Shown here piece after piece: positions 32,068 to 39,266 of a DNA stretch of 39,266 bases. The DNA comes from Rickettsiales bacterium (lineage in GTDB: Bacteria > Pseudomonadota > Alphaproteobacteria > Methylaequorales > Methylaequoraceae). The DNA lies in NCBI GenBank assembly GCA_002715305.1, contig PAYV01000007.1, forward strand, positions 1 through 39,266, read 5' to 3'. The first letter of the stretch is position 1, and every line of letters begins with the position of its first letter. The notes under the pieces are model-generated. The model was not told where the DNA came from, did not search any database, and saw nothing but the letters and a program-made list of their open reading frames with translations. The translations under genes were made by a program, and so were the position numbers.

Positions 32068-32787
32068 ATGAAAAATAAGATTGTTTTAAATAAAGCTAAT
32101 GTAATTTTAGGATCAAAAAAGATTTTAACTGATATTTCTTTTCAAGTAACTCAAGATGAACCTTGTTGTATAATTGGGATGGGATCTTCAGGCAAAAGTG
32201 TTTTATTAAAATCAATCCTAGGTTTAATTAATCTTTCCAGTGGAAACATTTCTGTTAATGAAATATCCATTCACAACAAACAATTTAGTTCAATTTTAAA
32301 TACTTTTGGTGTTGTTTTTCAAAAAGATGCACTTTTTGACAGTTTACCAGTTTGGCAAAATATTATGTTTAAAAGTTTAGGAGTAGAAAGTAAAAAAGAT
32401 AATCTAAATAAAGCCAAATCTTTGATTTCAAAAGTTGGTTTGTCAAAAAATGATGCTTTTCTTTTTCCAGCTGAGCTTTCTGGTGGAATGAAGAAAAGGG
32501 TGGCTCTTGCAAGAGCAGTTTCTCATAATCCAAAATTTCTATTACTTGATGATCCAACTGCTGGGCTTGATCCCATTAAAACCAATGTAATTTTTAATCT
32601 TATAAAAGATCTTTCTTATGAACTCAAAATAACATTATTGGCAATTAGCTCTGATATGAGAGGTGTACTTAAATATTTTAATAAAGTTGCAGTTCTAAAA
32701 GAATCGAAGCTTCATTGGTGGGGAAATACAAGTCAAATAAAAAAAAAGCCAACAGAACATATAAAAAAATTACTTGAAAGAACGTAA
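32068..32787 (+). CDS. ABC transporter ATP-binding protein (MlaF/Ttg2A-like) with degenerate catalytic residues and no adjacent permease
   Basis: 239 aa. Walker A GMGSSGKS, Q-loop VVFQKDALF, signature LSGGMKKRVALARA. Walker B is FLLLDDP (Asp162 where the catalytic Glu is expected). The H-loop is AISSDM (Ser195 where His is expected). Confidence 0.7.
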   Translation: MKNKIVLNKANVILGSKKILTDISFQVTQDEPCCIIGMGSSGKSVLLKSILGLINLSSGNISVNEISIHNKQFSSILNTFGVVFQKDALFDSLPVWQNIMFKSLGVESKKDNLNKAKSLISKVGLSKNDAFLFPAELSGGMKKRVALARAVSHNPKFLLLDDPTAGLDPIKTNVIFNLIKDLSYELKITLLAISSDMRGVLKYFNKVAVLKESKLHWWGNTSQIKKKPTEHIKKLLERT

Positions 32788-32788
32788 T

Positions 32789-33181
32789 TTATTTTCTGGT
32801 TAATTCTGCGCATCCAGCCGTAGCGTCAATTCCAGCTTCTATATAACAAGCACTCATTAAATTTTCTCCTAATAATTTTGCCATATTATATCCTCTACTA
32901 TTAGAGGCTACCCATGTTATGGTTGTATTATCTGGATGAACAACCCCAAAAAAATTTTTTGTTCCATCCGTGTAAGAGAAGGATCCTTTAAATCTTCTGT
33001 CTTTTTGTTCTAAAATCTCAACTTTCTTTTCCCAGCTTCTAAATCCTCTTTGCTCTGAAAGAGTTTTATTAACACCTACCCATGTTCCAACTAGATCTGG
33101 AATATTATCATGATCATTGGTTAAGGAAATATTTGGAAATAAAAAAGCTGATATTAAAAAAATATTTATTAAAAAAGTCAT
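32789..33181 (-). CDS. small exported hypothetical protein
   Basis: 130 aa. N-terminal signal-like segment MTFLINIFLISAFLFPNISL, then a hydrophilic body with two Cys near the C-terminus. No family recognised. Confidence 0.45.
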   Translation of the reverse strand: MTFLINIFLISAFLFPNISLTNDHDNIPDLVGTWVGVNKTLSEQRGFRSWEKKVEILEQKDRRFKGSFSYTDGTKNFFGVVHPDNTTITWVASNSRGYNMAKLLGENLMSACYIEAGIDATAGCAELTRK

Positions 33182-33220
33182 GATATAATTATTGTTATTA
33201 TTTAAATTTTTTCAATAAAA

Positions 33221-34474
33221 ATGAATTTTAATTTTATTAAACTCTATTTACAAAAAAAACTTATTTTAATTTTTCTTATGGGGATTAGTAGTGGAATTCC
33301 TCTTTATTTAATTTTATCAACACTTTTTATTTGGTTAACTAGAGAAAATATAGATATTTCAACAGTTGGTCTTTTTGCTTTAACACAGTTGCCATGGACT
33401 TTGAAATTCTTATGGGCGCCATTTGTTGATAATTTTAGAATACCATATTTGTACAAAGTTCTTGGTCATAGAAAATCATGGTTATTTATTACACAAATTT
33501 TTTTGATTATTTCAATAATTTTTCTAGGATATTCAAATCCCAAAGAAAATTTATATATAACAGCTTTTTTTGCATTAATGGTAGCTGCATTTTCTGCTAA
33601 TCAAGATATTATTATTGATGCCTTTAGAATAGAGATTTTAGACGATTCCTCTCAGGGAGCTGGTGCAGCAATGACACAATTCGGATATAGAATTGGAGGA
33701 ATAATGGCTGGAGCTGGAGCATTATATCTTAAAGAAATTTTTTCATGGTCAGAAATTTTTTTAAGTATAGCAATTCTTATTTTCATGCTAATGGTTTTAA
33801 CTATTTTTTTTATTCCTATTAAAGCTTCAAAAAAAAATAAAAGTGAAAAAAATTTTATAAAGCCTTTTTTAGAGTTTGTTAACAGAAATACTTATTTTAA
33901 AATTTTAACCATAATATTATTTATTTTCTTTTTTAAATTTGGAGATGTAATAGCAGGTGTAATGGCAAATCCTTTTTATGTAAAACTAGGATTTTCTAAT
34001 ATTGAAATTGCTAATGCAAGCAAGATGTTCGGAGTTTTAATGACAATATTTGGGGTATTTGCTGGAGGGATTCTTGTTAATAAATTTGGAATTTTAAATT
34101 CACTTATTATTTCTGGTTTTCTTCAAATTTTGTCAAATTTGTTATATGTTTTACTGGCCAAATCTGGGCCAATTTATGATTTATTGATATTGACTGTTGC
34201 AGGTGAGAATTTTTCAGGAGGAATGGGTTCAGCTGCTTTCGTAGCTTACTTGTCAGTTTTATGTAATAAATCATATTCTGGAACGCAGTACGCTTTACTT
34301 TCTTCCATAATGGGTTTAACTAGAACAGTACTTTCGTCTCCAGCTGGATTTATTGTAGAATGGGTAGGGTGGGCTTATTTCTTTTTTATTTCAACTTTTC
34401 TTGGAATACCAGGTTTGATAATTTTACTTTGGATGAGAAAAAACTTTACAATTGAAATGCAAAAATCTAATTAA
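33221..34474 (+). CDS. ampG: AmpG-family muropeptide MFS permease
   Basis: 417 aa, ~12 TM. GISSGIPLYLILSTLFIWLTRENIDISTVGLFALTQLPWTLKFLWAPFVDNF is the characteristic AmpG N-terminal block. Confidence 0.8.
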   Translation: MNFNFIKLYLQKKLILIFLMGISSGIPLYLILSTLFIWLTRENIDISTVGLFALTQLPWTLKFLWAPFVDNFRIPYLYKVLGHRKSWLFITQIFLIISIIFLGYSNPKENLYITAFFALMVAAFSANQDIIIDAFRIEILDDSSQGAGAAMTQFGYRIGGIMAGAGALYLKEIFSWSEIFLSIAILIFMLMVLTIFFIPIKASKKNKSEKNFIKPFLEFVNRNTYFKILTIILFIFFFKFGDVIAGVMANPFYVKLGFSNIEIANASKMFGVLMTIFGVFAGGILVNKFGILNSLIISGFLQILSNLLYVLLAKSGPIYDLLILTVAGENFSGGMGSAAFVAYLSVLCNKSYSGTQYALLSSIMGLTRTVLSSPAGFIVEWVGWAYFFFISTFLGIPGLIILLWMRKNFTIEMQKSN

Positions 34475-35090
34475 CAATATCTTTAAATTCTTTTAAGTGA
34501 TTAAATGATTTAAGATTAGATATTTCTTTGTAAAATTTTTTTAAAATAGGATATTTATCAATAAAATCTAAAGGTATTTGATCGAGTTGACCGCTTATAA
34601 ACCAGTGAATAACTCTCCAAGCAGTAATGTCAGCGATAGAAAATTTTTGAATAAAGAATTTTCTATCTTCAGAAAATGAATCAAAAAGATTTTCTAAATA
34701 TCCAAACCAAGTGTGTAATTCATTTTTTATAAATTTTTTTCTTAGTAATGAAGATTTTTCAATATTTTTTTCTCTAATTGACGGAGCTATTCTGAGAGTT
34801 ATTTCATTGGCCCAATCTATAACTTGATCAATCACTAGAGCTTTTATGGGATCTTGAGCATATAAACCTGATTGAACTGCGCAATACCTTACCATAGAGT
34901 GTGTATGAGCAAATATTTTTCCATCAATTTCCATGATTGGTAACTGACCAAATGGGAATCTTTTCTTTTCTTGAGGCCAATTGGCTCTAATAATCCTTTT
35001 ATAATGGTATGGAATTTTTCCATGAGAAAGAGATAATCTTAAAATGTCTACTCTCCAAAAGTTAAAATCAAAATAAACTAGCTTTATCAT
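34467..35090 (-). CDS. glutathione S-transferase family protein
   Basis: 207 aa. Thioredoxin-like N-domain with FGQLPIMEIDGKIFAHTHSMVRYCA (GSH-binding cis-Pro/Ser region) and a helical C-domain. Confidence 0.7.
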   Translation of the reverse strand: MIKLVYFDFNFWRVDILRLSLSHGKIPYHYKRIIRANWPQEKKRFPFGQLPIMEIDGKIFAHTHSMVRYCAVQSGLYAQDPIKALVIDQVIDWANEITLRIAPSIREKNIEKSSLLRKKFIKNELHTWFGYLENLFDSFSEDRKFFIQKFSIADITAWRVIHWFISGQLDQIPLDFIDKYPILKKFYKEISNLKSFNHLKEFKDIVN

Positions 35091-35854
35091 TTTTCAGCAA
35101 ATGCTTTCTCAATTACAAAACCTCCTTGAACTTTTGTAGAGCCTTCTTCTGAACCAAGTTTTTCAAACATGCTTTTCAATTCATTGGTCATATCTTCAGA
35201 CCCACATATCATCACTCTATCTTGTTTTGGATCAAATCTATCAACTCCAACCTCATTCCATAATTTATTTTCCCTTATCCATTTAGTAATACGTCCTGTT
35301 CTTGGCCATTTATCACGAGTGACTGTATTAAAGTATACAAACTTTCCTTTAGTTACTTCGGAATATATCTCATCACTATTAAGCTTTTTAAGCATATCTT
35401 CATATGCTAACTCTTTTGGATTCCTAACTGTATGTGTAAGAATTATCTTATCAAATTTTTCATAAGTTTCTGGATCTCTTACTATACTCATGAAAGGTGC
35501 TAGTCCTGTCCCAGTTGATAAAAGAAAGAGGTTTCTACCAGGTAACAAATAGTCACAAACTAAAGTTCCAGTTGGCTTTGAATTAATTAAAATCTCATCA
35601 TCATTTTTTATATACTGTAGTCGGCTTGTAAGAGGCCCGTTGGGAACTTTGATAGACAAAAATTCTAAGTGATTTTCATGATTAGGACTTACGACTGAGT
35701 AGGCTCTTAATAATGGTCTACCTTCGATTTCAAGACCTATCATTGCAAACTCACCGTTTTTAAACCTGAATGACATATCTCTTGTAGTCTTAAAACTAAA
35801 CGTCTTATCTGTCCAATGATGAACATCAATTACTTTTTCTTTTAATAGTGCCAT
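35087..35854 (-). CDS. fpr: ferredoxin--NADP(+) reductase (bacterial Fpr type)
   Basis: 255 aa. FAD motif RAYSVVS, NADP motif LLSTGTGLAPFMSIVRD, MICGSEDM, and the C-terminal aromatic-containing tail. Confidence 0.85.
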   Translation of the reverse strand: MALLKEKVIDVHHWTDKTFSFKTTRDMSFRFKNGEFAMIGLEIEGRPLLRAYSVVSPNHENHLEFLSIKVPNGPLTSRLQYIKNDDEILINSKPTGTLVCDYLLPGRNLFLLSTGTGLAPFMSIVRDPETYEKFDKIILTHTVRNPKELAYEDMLKKLNSDEIYSEVTKGKFVYFNTVTRDKWPRTGRITKWIRENKLWNEVGVDRFDPKQDRVMICGSEDMTNELKSMFEKLGSEEGSTKVQGGFVIEKAFAEK

Positions 35855-35961
35855 TGAATAATGTTCTCCTTATCCACACCCAAAAATTAAATATTGGTTA
35901 AAAAACTTCATTAGAAAAAAAACTATGATATAAAACGATTAAATATAAAATTTTTTTGGAA

Positions 35962-38900
35962 ATGACAAGCATTAATATTAGAAAACTATCTCATTCTGAG
36001 ATGGATTTATACAGAAAACCTTTACTTCCAGAAACCTGGAGTTGTTTTCCTGTTGACAAAGAGATTGATACTCAGCAACTTAGAAAAATCTTACAGAAGG
36101 ACCTTGATAAAATTAGATCAGGTGCCGAAAAAGATCCTTTCTCAAATTCTATTAATATGCTGGCTTTAGATATATCAAGAAGATTAGAAAAAAATAAACT
36201 AAATTATTCAGCTTTGGAAGCTTTGATTCAGAGACTAACTGTAGGATCAGTTGGTTTAAGAGCAGATAGATTAAAATCTTATATGGGTGAAACAGATCTT
36301 GAGAAAAATAAAAAGATTTTATCTCAACTAATTCAAAATTTAATTTTGCGTAAAGACGGGTCTATTAAAAAATTTGAAGAATTTAATGATACGATTAATA
36401 AAGATATATTTGGTATTGTATTAACTGCTCATCCAACATTTGGAATGACAACCCAAATGATGGACGATTTAGCGAAGCTTGCATCAATGACAGATTGTGA
36501 AGGAAAAAAAATTTCTAAGTCTGAAATAAAATCTATCATAAAACAAATTTTTAAAACAGAACAAAGACCAGAAAAAAATATTTCTCTAAATTTTGAACAT
36601 GAATTATCAATGAAAACCTTAAAATTTCTTCAAAGCTCATTAAGAATTTTCTATGATGTTATTTTGAAGATATCAAAACGGTTTTATCCAAATGAATATC
36701 ATAAAATAAATCCACAATTTTTTCGTTTACATACTTGGGTTGGTTATGATGTCGATGGGAGAGGCGATATTTTTTGGAATAATTCTTTCTCAAAAAGATT
36801 GAAAGTAAAAATTGTTCAATTAGAACTTTATTTAGATAAACTTAACAATGTATTAAAAAAATCAAAAGTTAAATCATTGTCATCAAAATTAAATGAAGTT
36901 TCTAAAATTCTTAAAACTGCAATTGAATTCAACAAAAAAATTTTCAGAGTTTTTTCTGATCCTGAGCTTTTATCTAAAGTTGATGAGATTAAGGAAATAT
37001 CAAAATTTATGTTTGATAATAAAAATAAATTGTTAACTAACAATCTTGTATTAGTGGATAAACTTGAATCTATAATAGAAATTATTGTGTCATCACATGA
37101 AAATAAAGAAAAGAAAATTTTAGATGAATTGGTTTTATTAAAAATTGAAGTTGCAAATTTTGGTTTAGGACTAGGAAGAACCCAGATAAGACTCAATGCA
37201 AATCAACTCAATAACTCAATTTCGAAGGAAATTGATTTATCTGGAGATCCTAATGATCCGTCAAATAAAATCACCTATCTTAATGCAATATCCAAATTAA
37301 TTGAAAATGTTAGACCTGTAAAAATTAACTTCGGTAGTATTCTTGAAGAGAATATGAATGCAAGAAGATATTTTATGATAATTAAGCAGATCTTAAAATA
37401 TGTGGACGAAAATCAAACCATAAGATTTTTAATTGCTGAATGCGATTACTCATTAACAGTTATGACTGCTTTATATTATTCTAAAATTTTTGATGTTGAA
37501 GAAAAAATAGATATTTCACCATTATTTGAAACTGAAAAAGGACTTATAACTGGTCATAATGTAATTGGAACTCTTCTTAAAAACGAGCATTTTAAAGGAT
37601 ATTTAAAAAAGAGAAAAAAACTTTCAATTCAAACAGGATTTTCAGATGCAGGTCGTTATCTTGGACAATCAGCAGCAGTATTGTATATTGAAAATCTTCA
37701 AAGAAAAATTGCTTTTATTTTATCTGAAGAAAAATTAAAAGATGTTAAATTATTGATATTTAATACCCATGGAGAATCAATAGGAAGAGGAGGTCATCCT
37801 GTTTCATTATCAGACAGATTAAACTATGTTAACTGTCAATATACTAGAAAAAAACTTAAAGATTGGAAAATCCAACTTATTCAAGAAATGAGTTTTCAAG
37901 GTGGTGACGGTTATCAATATTTTATGAACAAAAATTTAGCCTTTTCATGTTTATGCAGAATAACTGAGTTTTGTCTAAATGAAGAAGTAGAAGAAAAACA
38001 TGATATTCTTTATGAATCACCTGACTTTGGAATTGAATATGTTAATACGATTAAGAATTTCAATACAGAAATAATGGATGATCCGAGTTACGCTGTTCTA
38101 TTAAATATATTTGGTTCAAATATCACACACTCAACAGGTTCAAGGTCGGTAAAAAGACATGTTGATGGTTCAATGAAAACTTTGTCCTATCATCCAAGTC
38201 AAACTAGAGCAATTCCACAAAATAGTGTTCTTCAGCAGATTGGAATGATGGCTAATTCTTTGGGTGGGTTCGGAAGATTTTTAAGAAAAGATTATGATAA
38301 ATTTGAACAATTTTATGCAAAATCTGAGAGATTCAAGAGAATAACAGATATAATAAAATATGCCTTTGCTTTCAGTGATATTGAAGTTTTAAAAGCTTAC
38401 ATTGACTGTTTTGATCCAGGTATGTGGTTATCATGGTCAACAAGAACAGTTGACCAAAATAGAAGTGAAAACATGATTGAAGTTGCAAATCTTCTTGAAA
38501 AATTTGATATTCACTGGAGACTTAATAAAGTTTACAGGCTTTTGCATCAAGAATATATGGATATTAGAAATTGGATTTTAGGAAGGAAATTAAGTGGAAG
38601 GATTGCAGTAGGACGTGGAAGAGCTATTGAAAAAGAAATTAGGGATGAGCTTTTACTTATGCATGGAATTAGAGTAGCTGTTTTTCACGAGATTTTTCTT
38701 CTTTCTGTAAGGATACCTAAATTTAGTGATCAAGCTGGTACATCTCGAGAAGAGATAATAGCAAAATTAATTAGATTTGATATTGAGGATGCAGTAAAAG
38801 ATCTAAGAAAAATTTTCCCTGCTGGAAAATTAATAAAAACATCTGTTAATGATTTCGGTGAAGAGACAAATTATATTAACGAAACTAATATTGATTATAC

Positions 38901-39000
38901 TAGAGAGGAACTTACAATTTTTAAACAACTAGAAGCTTTGTACGAGTGCTCGAGGAGAGTAAGCTCTGGCATTTCACATTTTATTGGTGCAGTTGGTTAA
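35962..39000 (+). CDS. ppc: phosphoenolpyruvate carboxylase, divergent long form
   Basis: VLTAHPTF (canonical VLTAHPTE), ISPLFETEKGL (PLFET), GFSDAGRYLG (canonical GYSDSxKDxG), HGESIGRGGHP (canonical GRGGSIGRGGxP), QTRAIPQN (TRAIPW). The start is taken at ATG 35962; the track starts at TTG 35956. Confidence 0.8.
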   Translation: MTSINIRKLSHSEMDLYRKPLLPETWSCFPVDKEIDTQQLRKILQKDLDKIRSGAEKDPFSNSINMLALDISRRLEKNKLNYSALEALIQRLTVGSVGLRADRLKSYMGETDLEKNKKILSQLIQNLILRKDGSIKKFEEFNDTINKDIFGIVLTAHPTFGMTTQMMDDLAKLASMTDCEGKKISKSEIKSIIKQIFKTEQRPEKNISLNFEHELSMKTLKFLQSSLRIFYDVILKISKRFYPNEYHKINPQFFRLHTWVGYDVDGRGDIFWNNSFSKRLKVKIVQLELYLDKLNNVLKKSKVKSLSSKLNEVSKILKTAIEFNKKIFRVFSDPELLSKVDEIKEISKFMFDNKNKLLTNNLVLVDKLESIIEIIVSSHENKEKKILDELVLLKIEVANFGLGLGRTQIRLNANQLNNSISKEIDLSGDPNDPSNKITYLNAISKLIENVRPVKINFGSILEENMNARRYFMIIKQILKYVDENQTIRFLIAECDYSLTVMTALYYSKIFDVEEKIDISPLFETEKGLITGHNVIGTLLKNEHFKGYLKKRKKLSIQTGFSDAGRYLGQSAAVLYIENLQRKIAFILSEEKLKDVKLLIFNTHGESIGRGGHPVSLSDRLNYVNCQYTRKKLKDWKIQLIQEMSFQGGDGYQYFMNKNLAFSCLCRITEFCLNEEVEEKHDILYESPDFGIEYVNTIKNFNTEIMDDPSYAVLLNIFGSNITHSTGSRSVKRHVDGSMKTLSYHPSQTRAIPQNSVLQQIGMMANSLGGFGRFLRKDYDKFEQFYAKSERFKRITDIIKYAFAFSDIEVLKAYIDCFDPGMWLSWSTRTVDQNRSENMIEVANLLEKFDIHWRLNKVYRLLHQEYMDIRNWILGRKLSGRIAVGRGRAIEKEIRDELLLMHGIRVAVFHEIFLLSVRIPKFSDQAGTSREEIIAKLIRFDIEDAVKDLRKIFPAGKLIKTSVNDFGEETNYINETNIDYTREELTIFKQLEALYECSRRVSSGISHFIGAVG

Positions 39001-39266
39001 TTCTTTTTATTTGCTTTACCTTTTTGGCTATAGTGTTCTTCAATAGACAGTATGTCTTCTTCTGATAAGTTTAATTTTTCTGAGAGTTTTCTTAATTCCT
39101 CTCTCTCGCTATCATCAATTACGTTATCCTGTAACATAAATTTAAGTTTATTTTCGTATTTTTGTTGATTTCTTCTGGAGAATTCAGTGAAAGCTGATGC
39201 TAATATACCCGAAGGTAAAGCAACGGTTCCAATTCCTAAAATAATTATGATTGATCCAAAGACTTT
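38997..39266 (-). CDS. ion transport (K+ channel-like) protein, C-terminal fragment. The 5' part lies beyond the right window edge.
   Basis: Not in the track because it is truncated. My translation is KVFGSIIIILGIGTVALPSGILASAFTEFSRRNQQKYENKLKFMLQDNVIDDSEREELRKLSEKLNLSEEDILSIEEHYSQKGKANKKN*. GIGTVALPSGILASAF resembles the S6 inner helix of 6TM ion-transport proteins. Its stop codon (38997-38999) overlaps the ppc stop (38998-39000). Confidence 0.5.
   Translation of the reverse strand, partial: KVFGSIIIILGIGTVALPSGILASAFTEFSRRNQQKYENKLKFMLQDNVIDDSEREELRKLSEKLNLSEEDILSIEEHYSQKGKANKKN

Noticed and set aside
1566-32557. Remaining short track ORFs on the opposite strand of called genes: 1566-1811, 5406-5597, 9633-9839, 12055-12282, 13748-13981, 18037-18243, 28309-28500 and 32369-32557
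   Set aside because: All are 62-81 aa, fully or largely nested antisense in confidently assigned CDSs, and have compositionally biased translations. ORF 28309-28500 overlaps the psiE-like start region and has no support.
35169-35465. 98-aa plus-strand ORF inside fpr
   Set aside because: It is antisense to a strongly supported ferredoxin-NADP reductase gene.
36828-37196. 122-aa minus-strand ORF inside ppc
   Set aside because: It is a shadow ORF antisense to the PEP carboxylase gene, and its sequence is low complexity.
1-39266. Genomic-island hallmarks, CRISPR arrays, tRNA/rRNA genes, mobile elements and toxin-antitoxin or defence genes
   Set aside because: No integrase, transposase, direct-repeat arrays, tRNA-like GC-rich segments or recognisable defence domains were found on either strand. 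The only intergenic gaps over 100 nt are 7672-7857, 24796-24917, 25983-26117, 28233-28354 and 35855-35961, and all are AT-rich leaders.

Overview
This is a very AT-rich, extremely gene-dense bacterial window. Intergenic gaps are mostly 0-50 nt, many genes overlap by 1-20 nt, and I found no convincing terminators. Composition and gene content suggest a streamlined marine alphaproteobacterium of the SAR11/Pelagibacterales type; that is inference, not proof. The window has three parts. (1) Positions 1-25982 form one minus-strand surface-glycan (O-antigen/capsule-like) cluster of about 26 genes. In transcription order it encodes fcl, a wHTH regulator and an RfaH/NusG paralogue. These are followed by two AsnB-type amidotransferases and a WbpB/WbpD/WbpE-like 2,3-diacetamido-uronic-acid module. 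Next come an SDR epimerase, a DegT aminotransferase with an Fmt-like formyltransferase, and a WbuX/HisH/HisF-type acetamidino module. The cluster ends with five or six glycosyltransferases, a Wzx flippase, acpS, two methyltransferases, galE and an ABC exporter that runs off the left edge. (2) Positions 26100-31253 are an envelope/lipid A-type locus: cysQ, a GT-C-like membrane protein, psiE family, a PAP2 phosphatase, an ELM1/DUF1022 gene and an lpxL-family acyltransferase. (3) Positions 31304-39266 carry housekeeping genes: cobA-type SUMT, an orphan ABC ATPase, a small exported protein, ampG, a GST, fpr, a divergent ppc and the 3' end of an ion-channel gene. I saw no rRNA, tRNA, CRISPR, transposase or integrase. 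The most interesting signal is an identical GC-rich 13-mer, TGCGGTAGCTATT on the coding strand, whose core matches the E. coli ops element. It sits in the two largest intergenic gaps of the glycan operon, and one copy lies directly downstream of the RfaH-like gene. This looks like a dedicated antitermination system. Second, two genes (a two-domain glycosyltransferase and the ELM1-family gene) are each split by a frameshift inside a long poly(A) run. All calls rest on reading the translations and motifs by eye. No searches were run, and homopolymer lengths outside tracked ORFs are my manual counts.
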